From positions 23,397 through 87,396 of the forward strand of contig JAHZGC010000007.1 in NCBI GenBank assembly GCA_019421015.1: a stretch of DNA of 64,000 bases, in the 5' to 3' direction. The notes under the pieces were generated by a model, which saw nothing but the letters and a program-made list of their open reading frames with translations, did not search any database and was not told the origin of the DNA. Below are positions 24,525-31,908 of the stretch, one piece after another. The position numbers and the translations under genes are program-made. Source of the DNA: Coriobacteriaceae bacterium (GTDB lineage: Bacteria; Actinomycetota; Coriobacteriia; Coriobacteriales; UMGS124). Within the stretch, counting starts at the first letter, position 1. Each line of letters begins with the position of its first letter.

Positions 24525-26168
24525 ATGAGCAGCATCAACCAGGCATCTCGCCGCGACTTCATTGCGGGAGCGGCGGCTTTGGCAGGTGCCGGCGTTGCCG
24601 GTGCGGCCGTCGCGGCAGGCATACCCCAAACGGCCGTCGCCACCGAAACGGCCCCCGAGCCCCAGCCCATCGAAGAGACCTACGACTGCGATGTCGTGGT
24701 CTGCGGCTCCGGCACCGCCGGCCTGTGCGGCGCATGGCGGGCCGCCGAACTCGGCGCCAAGGTCATCTTGGTGGAAACCCACGGCGAGGAGGGCGTGGGC
24801 GGCAACTCCCGCTTCGTCGAGGGCATGTCAAGCGGCGGGTGCACCTACGCCGACGGCGTCCTCACGCTGAACGAAGGCCCCGACATCTTCGACTACGGCT
24901 TCACGGTCATCTCCGACTACTGCCACTGCGCCTGCGACCTGCGTCTTCTCCGCAAGTTCGTGACCTGGATGAACCCCATGCTCGACTGGACCCACAACGT
25001 CCAGGGCATCGACTTCCTCGGTCTCGACATCCCGCTGAACAACACCATGATGGCCCCGCCCATCAGCTACAAGCCCAACGAGGACCACAGCATCGGCGGC
25101 GGCCGTATGGCCATCTACACGATGTACGAGGGGTGCAAAAACCTCGGCGTCGAGTTCCTGTTCGACTCCCGCGCCATCGACCTTGTGATGAAGGACGGCG
25201 CGGCCGCAGGCGTGGTCTGCGAGCACCTGGACGGCAGCCGCATGCAGGTCAACGCCAAAGCGGTCATGTTCGCCACGGGCGGCTTCTCGGCCAACGGCGA
25301 GATGGTCGAGAAGTACACCCACTACAGCTACGAGTCACTCATCCCCTACGGCACCTCAGGCAGCCAGGTGGGCGACGCTATCAACATGGGCCTCTCCGTG
25401 GGAGCCGCCCTGCACCACCCCGAGGCACTCATGTTCTGCAGCCCCGTGCTGCCGGGCCACTTCAACAAGAGCGCACTGGTCATCTGTGGCTGCAACCAGG
25501 CTGACACCTGCTTTTTCAATGAGAAGGGCGAGCGCTTCTGCAACGAGGAGTGCATCAAGGACTGGGCCGAGTCAGGCAACACCGGTGCCCTGCAGAAGCA
25601 CATCTTTACGGTCATCGACCAGGACTTCGTTGAGAAGATCCACACCGAGGGCCCGGTGACCAAGCGCACGAACTACTTCAAGGCCAACGAGCCGGTACCC
25701 TACTTCCAAGAAGAGATCGACGAGGCCTTGCTGCGCGAGAACCCCCGCGTCGTGAAGGCCGACACCCTGGAGGAGCTGGCTGAGAAGCTCGGCATGAAGG
25801 ACCCCCAGACCCTGGTAGACAACATCGCCGAGTGGAACAGCTGGTGCGACGAGGGTAAGGACCACGACTTCCTCAAGGCCCCCGAGCTCATGCGCAAGAT
25901 CCAGACGCCGCCCTTCTACGGCTTTAAGACCATCCTGGCGTTCTACACCACGGTGGGTGGCCTAAAATGCGACGAGTTTGCCCGCGTGCTCGACCAGAGC
26001 TACGAGCCCATCCCCGGCCTCTACGCCCTGGGCTCCGACTGCGCCGGCCTCTTTGGCGGCATGTACGACGTGGCCGCTTGCCCCGGCTCCGGCCAGATGT
26101 GGTGCCGCGAGACCGGTTACTGGGCCGGCACCCACGCAGTGGAGGAGTACCTGCCGACGCTGGGGTAA
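24525..26168 (+). CDS. Tat-exported FAD-dependent oxidoreductase (flavocytochrome-c flavoprotein family), partner of the upstream cytochrome
   Basis: Has a Tat signal (ASRRDFIAGAAALAG), a dinucleotide-binding motif (CDVVVCGSGTAGLCGA), and C-terminal LYALGSDCAG. Confidence 0.85.
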   Translation: MSSINQASRRDFIAGAAALAGAGVAGAAVAAGIPQTAVATETAPEPQPIEETYDCDVVVCGSGTAGLCGAWRAAELGAKVILVETHGEEGVGGNSRFVEGMSSGGCTYADGVLTLNEGPDIFDYGFTVISDYCHCACDLRLLRKFVTWMNPMLDWTHNVQGIDFLGLDIPLNNTMMAPPISYKPNEDHSIGGGRMAIYTMYEGCKNLGVEFLFDSRAIDLVMKDGAAAGVVCEHLDGSRMQVNAKAVMFATGGFSANGEMVEKYTHYSYESLIPYGTSGSQVGDAINMGLSVGAALHHPEALMFCSPVLPGHFNKSALVICGCNQADTCFFNEKGERFCNEECIKDWAESGNTGALQKHIFTVIDQDFVEKIHTEGPVTKRTNYFKANEPVPYFQEEIDEALLRENPRVVKADTLEELAEKLGMKDPQTLVDNIAEWNSWCDEGKDHDFLKAPELMRKIQTPPFYGFKTILAFYTTVGGLKCDEFARVLDQSYEPIPGLYALGSDCAGLFGGMYDVAACPGSGQMWCRETGYWAGTHAVEEYLPTLG

Positions 26169-26204
26169 GTTAGCCAGACAATAAGAACAGGCTATGGGAC
26201 CAGT

Positions 26205-26248
26205 CTCGGCTTGCGCGCTTTTGCCTGCAAGCCGGGGCTTCTTTTTTT
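26205..26248 (+). terminator. Rho-independent terminator of the cytochrome/flavoprotein operon
   Basis: CGGCTTGC (26207-26214) pairs with GCAAGCCG (26227-26234), followed by GGGCTTCTTTTTTT. Confidence 0.65.
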
Positions 26249-26567
26249 GACAGGATGCGCGGCAAGAGCGTAAGTGCTGCCACCAGGTGGGGCCGCCAAG
26301 GGCCTGTGGAGGAATAACAGTTTCTTGAAAAGGACCCCTCCCTGGCCGCATGGCGGGGTTGTGCGGGACCGCAGGCGGCCAAAAGGAGGCTGGACGTGAA
26401 GCAGGTGATGCATCGTATCGCTAAGATAGCAGGTAGCAGCCGTGCGGCTTTCAACCCTCCTTCAGGAATCCCGACAGGCCCTCCCGACGTCGCGCACAAC
26501 CCCCATATGCGGCCACCGATTGGGCTCAACGGCGGAATTCAGCCTATTTGTTGAGGGAAATAGATTT

Positions 26568-26778
26568 GTTAGCGAAACGCCCCTTTGTTGGCAAAGAATG
26601 ACGGCCGTGAACGATTGAGTGAAGCGTTTTGAACAAATACACGTATCGAATGCAAAGATGCCTCAGGTAATGCATCATTGTTACAAATAAACGATACCCC
26701 GGGGTGCCTTACCAACCCCGGAGCGTCGTTCACGGTCGTTCATTTTTGCCAGTGGGGCACCCGTTCCGTTGCAAACGC
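26568..26778. mobile_element. Family B MITE-like element, copy 2 (~211 bp)
   Basis: GGCAAAGAATGACGGCCGTGAACGA (26590-26614) is the inverted match of TCGTTCACGGTCGTTCATTTTTGCC (26726-26750). The outer arms are GTTAGCGAAACGCC / CGTTCCGTTGCAAACGC. The AT-rich core contains the hairpin CCGGGGT-N9-ACCCCGG. Confidence 0.7.
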
Positions 26779-26802
26779 CGTCACAGGCCAGCCCGCAGCC
26801 CC

Positions 26803-27615
26803 TTACGCCACCTCGCCGCCCAGCAGCACGCCCACGTTGGGGAGGTTGGCGGCATACTCGGCGCGGGCCTCGTCGCTCGTGGGGCTGGCGGGAACCACGT
26901 CGCGCTCCTCCACACGCACGCTCGCCACGTCGCGCACAAAGTAGCTGGCCGGCGTGGAACCCAGCCACAGTTGGTTGGTACCGCCCACGGACTGCTCCAG
27001 GCGGCTGCCGTTCACGTCAAAGACGATGGGGCAGTAGTGGCTGCGCAGGTAGCTCAGGGGCAGGGCCACCTCGTAGCCGTCGCTCGAGGTAAAGACCACG
27101 GTGTTGGCGGTCTCGCTGGGCTGGGCCATCTCGACCAGGATCATGGCAGAGATGCCCCTGACCAGGGCGTTTGCCGTGGCTCGGCCGTCGGCGGGGTTGC
27201 CCAGGCAGGAGCAGCCCATGACCACCGACTGCACGGCGTCGGTCTGGGCGATCTCCTGCACGGTGGCCGAGAAGCCCCGCTCCACGGCACCCTCGACGGT
27301 GAGGACCCAGTTCTCGGCGGTCTCGGCACCGTTGGTCTCGGAGGCGCGGGCGCCGCACAGGTAGCGCGAGCCCTCGGCAAGGTTGCGGGCGATCTCGTCG
27401 TTGGAGGAGACCTCGTCCTGGACAAAGGAGAACGTTCCCGTGACCTCGGGGACGGTCACGCGGTCGGCTGCGGCCTGCTCGACGGCTGCAGCCTGGACGG
27501 CGGGAGCGGCCACAGCTTGGGAGGCGTCGGCGGCGATCGCGACCCCGGCGACGCCGGCGGTCAGTGCCAGGACCGAGGCAGCCCCGGCGGCAATGGTCTT
27601 AGAAGTAACGCTCAT
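26803..27615 (-). CDS. Secreted molybdopterin-binding oxidoreductase, sulfite-oxidase (SUOX/YedY) fold, Mo-domain only
   Basis: Has a signal peptide (AAGAASVLALTAGVAGVAIAADA) and the pattern NWVLTVEGAV...VVMGCSCLGNP.DG.....LVRGI......A......VVFTSSDGYEVALPL, typical of the Oxidored_molyb domain. It lies 32 nt downstream of the heme-Mo fusion gene. Confidence 0.7.
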   Translation of the reverse strand: MSVTSKTIAAGAASVLALTAGVAGVAIAADASQAVAAPAVQAAAVEQAAADRVTVPEVTGTFSFVQDEVSSNDEIARNLAEGSRYLCGARASETNGAETAENWVLTVEGAVERGFSATVQEIAQTDAVQSVVMGCSCLGNPADGRATANALVRGISAMILVEMAQPSETANTVVFTSSDGYEVALPLSYLRSHYCPIVFDVNGSRLEQSVGGTNQLWLGSTPASYFVRDVASVRVEERDVVPASPTSDEARAEYAANLPNVGVLLGGEVA

Positions 27616-27647
27616 GATACACCGTTCCTCTCGGCGGTCGCAAGGGG

Positions 27648-29246
27648 TTATCGGACGTTGAAGAAGACCTGGTCGGGCTGGTAGCTCACCGCGCCGGACT
27701 CGGTGGTGGCGCGCACCTGCAGCACATAGGCGCCCGGCGCCAGCTGGTCAGGGGTGAAGTACCAGTACACCCAGGCCAGCCGGTCGGAGTCGGAGGTGTC
27801 GAACGCCGTCCAGGTGGCTCCCCTGTCCAGGGAGAACTCCACCGTGGCGATCTTCTCGTCGGTCGCCCAGGCATAGCCCTCAAAGGTGTAGGGCTCCTCG
27901 GCCGAGACGACCTGGCCCTCCTTGAAGTGGGTCACCGCCACGTTGGGGTTGTTGTAGGGCACGACCTCTTCGTCGGAGGTCACGCCGTGGCCGCCGTTGT
28001 GGTCGTTGATGGGGTTGCCGTCGGGCGAGAGCGTCCAACCGTCCCACATCTTGAGCTCCTCGAGCGGGGTGTCCACGACGCTGATCTCGTTGACCCAGCG
28101 GATGGAGGCGGGGATGCCCTGGCCCGGCCAGCAGGTCATGAGCGGGAAGCCGTTCTCCCAGTCCAGATACTCGCCGTTCACCTTGAAGATCAGGTAGCCG
28201 TCGGTCTCCTCATAGCGCGCAAAGTCGCTTGCGCGGCCCCAGCCGTCGGGGGCGTAGCTCATGATGGCGGTGGCGCCGTCCTTGACGCCGCCGGCCTTCT
28301 CGAGCAGCCACGAGATCGGGATGCCCGTGACCTCCATGTTGGCGATGGCCTCGCCGCCGGGCGCGTTCATGATGCACTCCATGGCCACGGTGGTGGTGAC
28401 CAGGGGCGCCTCGTCGATGAGGTCGGTCAGCTTGGCTGTGAAGGGCTGCTCCACCAGGCCGCTGACCGTGACCTCCCAGGTATCGAAGACGTCCATGTCG
28501 AGCTCCTCGCCGGCATAGCCGCGGGCGATGTTCGAGGTGTTGGTCTCGGTGTAGTACCAGCTGGCGTCGAACATGGGGGTCGTGACGTCCTGGCGGTAGC
28601 TGAACTCGCCCTGCACGTCGGCCACCGACCCGATGCCCTGCATGACGTCGTACTTCACGTCGTCCCACAGCTGCATACCCTGGCCGTCGGCCGTGGCGGC
28701 ATGGCAGGTCATGCAGTTGTTCACCACCCCGCTTTTGTTGTGGATGCCGTGGATGGTGTTGCCGAACTCGCCGGGGTCGTCCACGTAGCCGTAGCCGTAG
28801 TCGTGGCAGATGCGGCAGTCGTCCACCGTGGTGGTAGTCCCCAGGCCGTTGTCGAGCTCCAGGTGGAAGAAGTCCATGTTCCTCAGGACCTGGGCCAAGT
28901 CGTCGTGACAGGCGTTGCAGCCGCGGTTGTCGGCGTCGAGGTAGCGCGTGTTGTAGCTCAGGTCGCCGCCGTTCACGTAGTACATCTGGAAGTACGAGGT
29001 GTCGTAGGGCGTGCGCTGGACCTGGGTGCCGTCCTCGAGGGTCGCGACCTCGGGGGCGTACTCCTGCGCGGTCTCCTCCCAGCGCTGCTCCAGGTCTGCC
29101 TGATATTCCTCGCCGGTGGCGGCGTCGCTCTGGAACGCCTGGGCAGCCTGCACCCCGCCCAGCGTGGCCGCGAGCAGCCCGGCTGCCAGGGCGCACCCCG
29201 CAATGGCCTTGTACGCGCGGCCCGTCTTGATCGTCGTGTGGGACAT
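27648..29246 (-). CDS. Fusion protein: N-terminal triheme cytochrome c, SUOX-fold molybdopterin domain, and C-terminal Ig-like Mo-co dimerisation-type domain
   Basis: ATG at 29246 is preceded by CAAGGAGG. Has a signal peptide (AGCALAAGLLAATLGGVQAAQA) and three CxxCH motifs (CNACH, CRICH, CMTCH). These are followed by TWEVTVSGLV...VAMECIMNAPGGEA....VTGIPISWLLEKAG...MSYAPDGW and a C-terminal GYAWATDEKIATVEFSLDRGATW pattern. Confidence 0.7.
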   Translation of the reverse strand: MSHTTIKTGRAYKAIAGCALAAGLLAATLGGVQAAQAFQSDAATGEEYQADLEQRWEETAQEYAPEVATLEDGTQVQRTPYDTSYFQMYYVNGGDLSYNTRYLDADNRGCNACHDDLAQVLRNMDFFHLELDNGLGTTTTVDDCRICHDYGYGYVDDPGEFGNTIHGIHNKSGVVNNCMTCHAATADGQGMQLWDDVKYDVMQGIGSVADVQGEFSYRQDVTTPMFDASWYYTETNTSNIARGYAGEELDMDVFDTWEVTVSGLVEQPFTAKLTDLIDEAPLVTTTVAMECIMNAPGGEAIANMEVTGIPISWLLEKAGGVKDGATAIMSYAPDGWGRASDFARYEETDGYLIFKVNGEYLDWENGFPLMTCWPGQGIPASIRWVNEISVVDTPLEELKMWDGWTLSPDGNPINDHNGGHGVTSDEEVVPYNNPNVAVTHFKEGQVVSAEEPYTFEGYAWATDEKIATVEFSLDRGATWTAFDTSDSDRLAWVYWYFTPDQLAPGAYVLQVRATTESGAVSYQPDQVFFNVR

Positions 29247-29295
29247 GACCCCTCCTTGTAAAATCGCCTCTCTTGCGTGCTTCAGGAGGGAATGT

Positions 29296-29375
29296 ACAAC
29301 TGCGCCCCAACGGCACACCTATGCCCAAAAGCAACCGGATACGCATCGCACCCGCACGCCTTGCGGCCGAGGCCC
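29296..29375. repeat. Degenerate family A repeat copy
   Basis: GATACGCATCGCACCCGCACGCCTTGCGGCCGAGG (29338-29372) matches the family A 3' arm (GTACGCATCGCCCCCGCGTGCCTTGCGAGCCGG). The upstream GGCACACCTATGCC resembles the apical GGCTCACGTACGCC, but the stems are no longer complementary. Confidence 0.4.
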
Positions 29376-29528
29376 GCTTCAGGGGCCAACCAGCCAGGCA
29401 GGGCTGTGGTGGACAGAACCGCGGCTTTCTCGACAGATCCGGGAGTTCGTACCACCCCGGCCAACACCACCCGAGTGGAGCCCAGGACCCAGAAACCCCC
29501 TCGGACTCGCGCTCCCCTCCCCCATCGT

Positions 29529-30458
29529 CTACAGCGTCTGGAGGTCTTCTCCGCCAGGAACGGGCTCGGCAGGGGCCGGGCGGCGGCGGGCGTTGCGGAT
29601 GTCGACCGGCAGGTAGAGGCGCATCATCATGTCGCGCCCCTCGTAGGCAAAGAGCGGCGACTCGAGCACCATGTCGCTGTAGTAGTCGCCCGAGACCGTG
29701 TAGCCGCGCTCGGCAGCCACGTCGAGCAGGCGGCAGAGCCAGTGGTACTCGGCGTGGTCGCCGTTGGGCAGCAGGGTCGAGCCGATCGTGACCGTGAGGT
29801 AGTAGCCCTCGTTCCAGTACTCGTCGTCGGAGCAGAACCCGCGCTCGTCGGTGATGAAGCCGCCCACGGTCATGAACGCGCGGTCTGCCAACGACTCCTG
29901 AGAGATGATGCACCCCACGTTGTGGAAGAGCGCCATGGGCAGCCCCCGATCGACGAACTGCTGCTTGATCTCGCGCAGGGCGATCTCCCAGCGGCGCAGG
30001 CGGGGGTTCTCGGGCGTGGGGCGCGGCTCGTACTGGTAGGGCGTGATAGAAAACCGCGCGATGCGCCGGCGGCGCACCCACTCCAGCGAGATGCGCTCGA
30101 AGACCGGGTTGTTCTCGTAGAGGTTGCACGAGCGCACGAGGCGGTTCACCGAGTGCTTGGCCATCTCGATCTCGAAGGCCTGGCGCTCGAGCTCCTCGGT
30201 CTTGCGCTCCAGCACCTCGCGCATAAGGTCCACGTCGTGGTTCTCGAGCACCCCCTTCATCTCGGCGAGCGAGAAGCCCACGGCCTGCATCTGCTGGATG
30301 GTGTCGAGCACGGGGCACTGCTCGTAGGCGTAGTAGCGGTAGCCGGTGTCGGGGTCTATATAGCGCGGCTCAAGCAGCCCCTTCTGCTCGTAAAGGCGCA
30401 AGGCCTTCTTGCTGACCCCGTTGAGTTGCGCCATCTGCCCCGCAGTCAGCAGCTCCAT
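29529..30458 (-). CDS. MerR-family transcriptional regulator with a C-terminal GyrI-like effector-binding domain (BmrR-type)
   Basis: ATG at 30458 is preceded by GGGAGG. The N-terminal HTH is LTAGQMAQLNGVSKKALRLYEQKGLLEP.YIDP.TGYRYY, followed by a coiled-coil and a ~180-aa C-terminal domain. Confidence 0.85.
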   Translation of the reverse strand: MELLTAGQMAQLNGVSKKALRLYEQKGLLEPRYIDPDTGYRYYAYEQCPVLDTIQQMQAVGFSLAEMKGVLENHDVDLMREVLERKTEELERQAFEIEMAKHSVNRLVRSCNLYENNPVFERISLEWVRRRRIARFSITPYQYEPRPTPENPRLRRWEIALREIKQQFVDRGLPMALFHNVGCIISQESLADRAFMTVGGFITDERGFCSDDEYWNEGYYLTVTIGSTLLPNGDHAEYHWLCRLLDVAAERGYTVSGDYYSDMVLESPLFAYEGRDMMMRLYLPVDIRNARRRPAPAEPVPGGEDLQTL

Positions 30459-30546
30459 AGACGACCTCCCGGACGAATCGGTTCTCGACCTGACTCTCGC
30501 CCTGCAAGTATAGCGTCGCCCACATGCAGGGGCGCAGGTTCGGTGC

Positions 30547-30579
30547 CCTTGACCGTGCCCCAAGGGAACGGTTTAAGGT
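30547..30579 (+). promoter_or_regulatory. Candidate MerR-type promoter/operator (19-nt spacer with internal dyad) facing the AraC-like gene
   Basis: TTGACC (30549-30554), a 19-nt spacer, then TAAGGT (30574-30579). The imperfect dyad is CCTTGACCGTGCCC / GGGAACGGTTTAAGG. It lies in the divergent merR/araC intergenic region. Confidence 0.4.
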
Positions 30580-30636
30580 TCGCTTATGGCAGTCCACAGG
30601 ATTGCCGGGCCGCAAGACAGGCGGAAGGGGAACACC

Positions 30637-30993
30637 ATGGAATCCGAGCAAACCACCTACGAGGACCTTTGCGGAGAAGCCATCGTGGCGTTCGTGCGCG
30701 ACCGCTGCGACAGCGCCAGCCTCGCCAGCGTGGCCGCGCGGTTCTGCTGCCACCCCAACAGCGTCTCGAGGGTGCTCAAGCGCGAGGTGGGGGCCTCGTT
30801 CCAAGAGGTGCTCGTGGCCGCGCGCATGGAACGGGCCGAGAGGCTGTTGCGAGACACAGGGTTGAGCGTCGCCCAGGTGGCCGCGGCCTGCGGTTATGAG
30901 TCGATGACCCACTTCTACCAGGCGTTTAAACGGGAGTTTGGCGTCACGCCCGCCCGCTTTAGGGCCGAAGGCAAGATGGGGCGGGCGGCGTAG
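30637..30993 (+). CDS. AraC/XylS-family HTH protein (DNA-binding domain only, 118 aa)
   Basis: ATG at 30637 is preceded by GGAAGGGG. The two HTH units are LASVAARFCCHPNSVSRVLKRE and VAQVAAACGYESMTHFYQAFKREFGVTPARFR. There is no N-terminal ligand-binding domain. Confidence 0.75.
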   Translation: MESEQTTYEDLCGEAIVAFVRDRCDSASLASVAARFCCHPNSVSRVLKREVGASFQEVLVAARMERAERLLRDTGLSVAQVAAACGYESMTHFYQAFKREFGVTPARFRAEGKMGRAA

Positions 30994-31014
30994 GGGCCCC
31001 TGCTCTACGCACCC

Positions 31015-31908
31015 CTACGCACCCTTACGGCTCCCCAGCGCGATCGCCAGCCCTGCGGCGGCGATGAGCGCACACCCCACGAGCTCGAACGCGCCGGGCA
31101 CCACGCCGGTGGCCACGGCCGAGACGACCACGATGACGGCCAGCTCAATGTAGGAGAGCAGCGACGCGTCCTGGCTGCCGGCCAGACGGGTCGCTTCGAT
31201 ATAGAGCAGGTAGGGCACCGTGTTCGCCAGCACGGCCAACACGACGACCAGTGCAACGGGGGCCGGGGCGAGCCAGACGGAGAAGTCGCTGCCGACCGTG
31301 AACGGCGCGCTCAACGCCACGGTCGCCAGGCAGCCGTAGAAGAACACGACGGTCGGCGCGACGTCGGCGAGCACGGGGCGCGCCACCGCCACCGTGTAGA
31401 CGCTGTACGACAGGGCGCATCCCAAGGTGAGGAGCGCCCCTGCAACGGTCCAGGTCCATTGGGAGCCGAGCCCAAAGACAAAGGCCGTTCCCGCAAACGC
31501 CATGGCCACGGCAACGGCCTGGACCTTGGTGACGCGGCGCCTGAACAGCAGGGCCGAGATCAGCAGGACCCACAGCGGATAGGTGTAGTACAGGGTCCCC
31601 ACCACCCCGGCGCTGCACTCGCCGAGCGCCACCATGTAGCACACGATCGAGGCCCCATAGAGCAGCGACGTCCCCACCATGGCCGCGAGCTGTTTGCCGT
31701 GCAGCGCCAGCCGGTCGCCGCGCCAGTGGCACACCCCCAAGACGATCAGCGCCGAGAGCCCCATGCGCACCAAGGCGATCTGGTAGCCGGTGGCGCCTGC
31801 GGCGTAGAGCCCCTGCGTCAGGCTGGGGATGCACCCGAACAGCACGGCGGAGACCACCGCGTACGCGATCCCACGGCCCCTGCGGGCCGACCGAGCCTCA
31901 CCGGCCAT
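31015..31908 (-). CDS. EamA/DMT-superfamily transporter
   Basis: 297 aa, ~10 TM helices, with a duplicated EamA-type pattern. Confidence 0.85.
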   Translation of the reverse strand: MAGEARSARRGRGIAYAVVSAVLFGCIPSLTQGLYAAGATGYQIALVRMGLSALIVLGVCHWRGDRLALHGKQLAAMVGTSLLYGASIVCYMVALGECSAGVVGTLYYTYPLWVLLISALLFRRRVTKVQAVAVAMAFAGTAFVFGLGSQWTWTVAGALLTLGCALSYSVYTVAVARPVLADVAPTVVFFYGCLATVALSAPFTVGSDFSVWLAPAPVALVVVLAVLANTVPYLLYIEATRLAGSQDASLLSYIELAVIVVVSAVATGVVPGAFELVGCALIAAAGLAIALGSRKGA

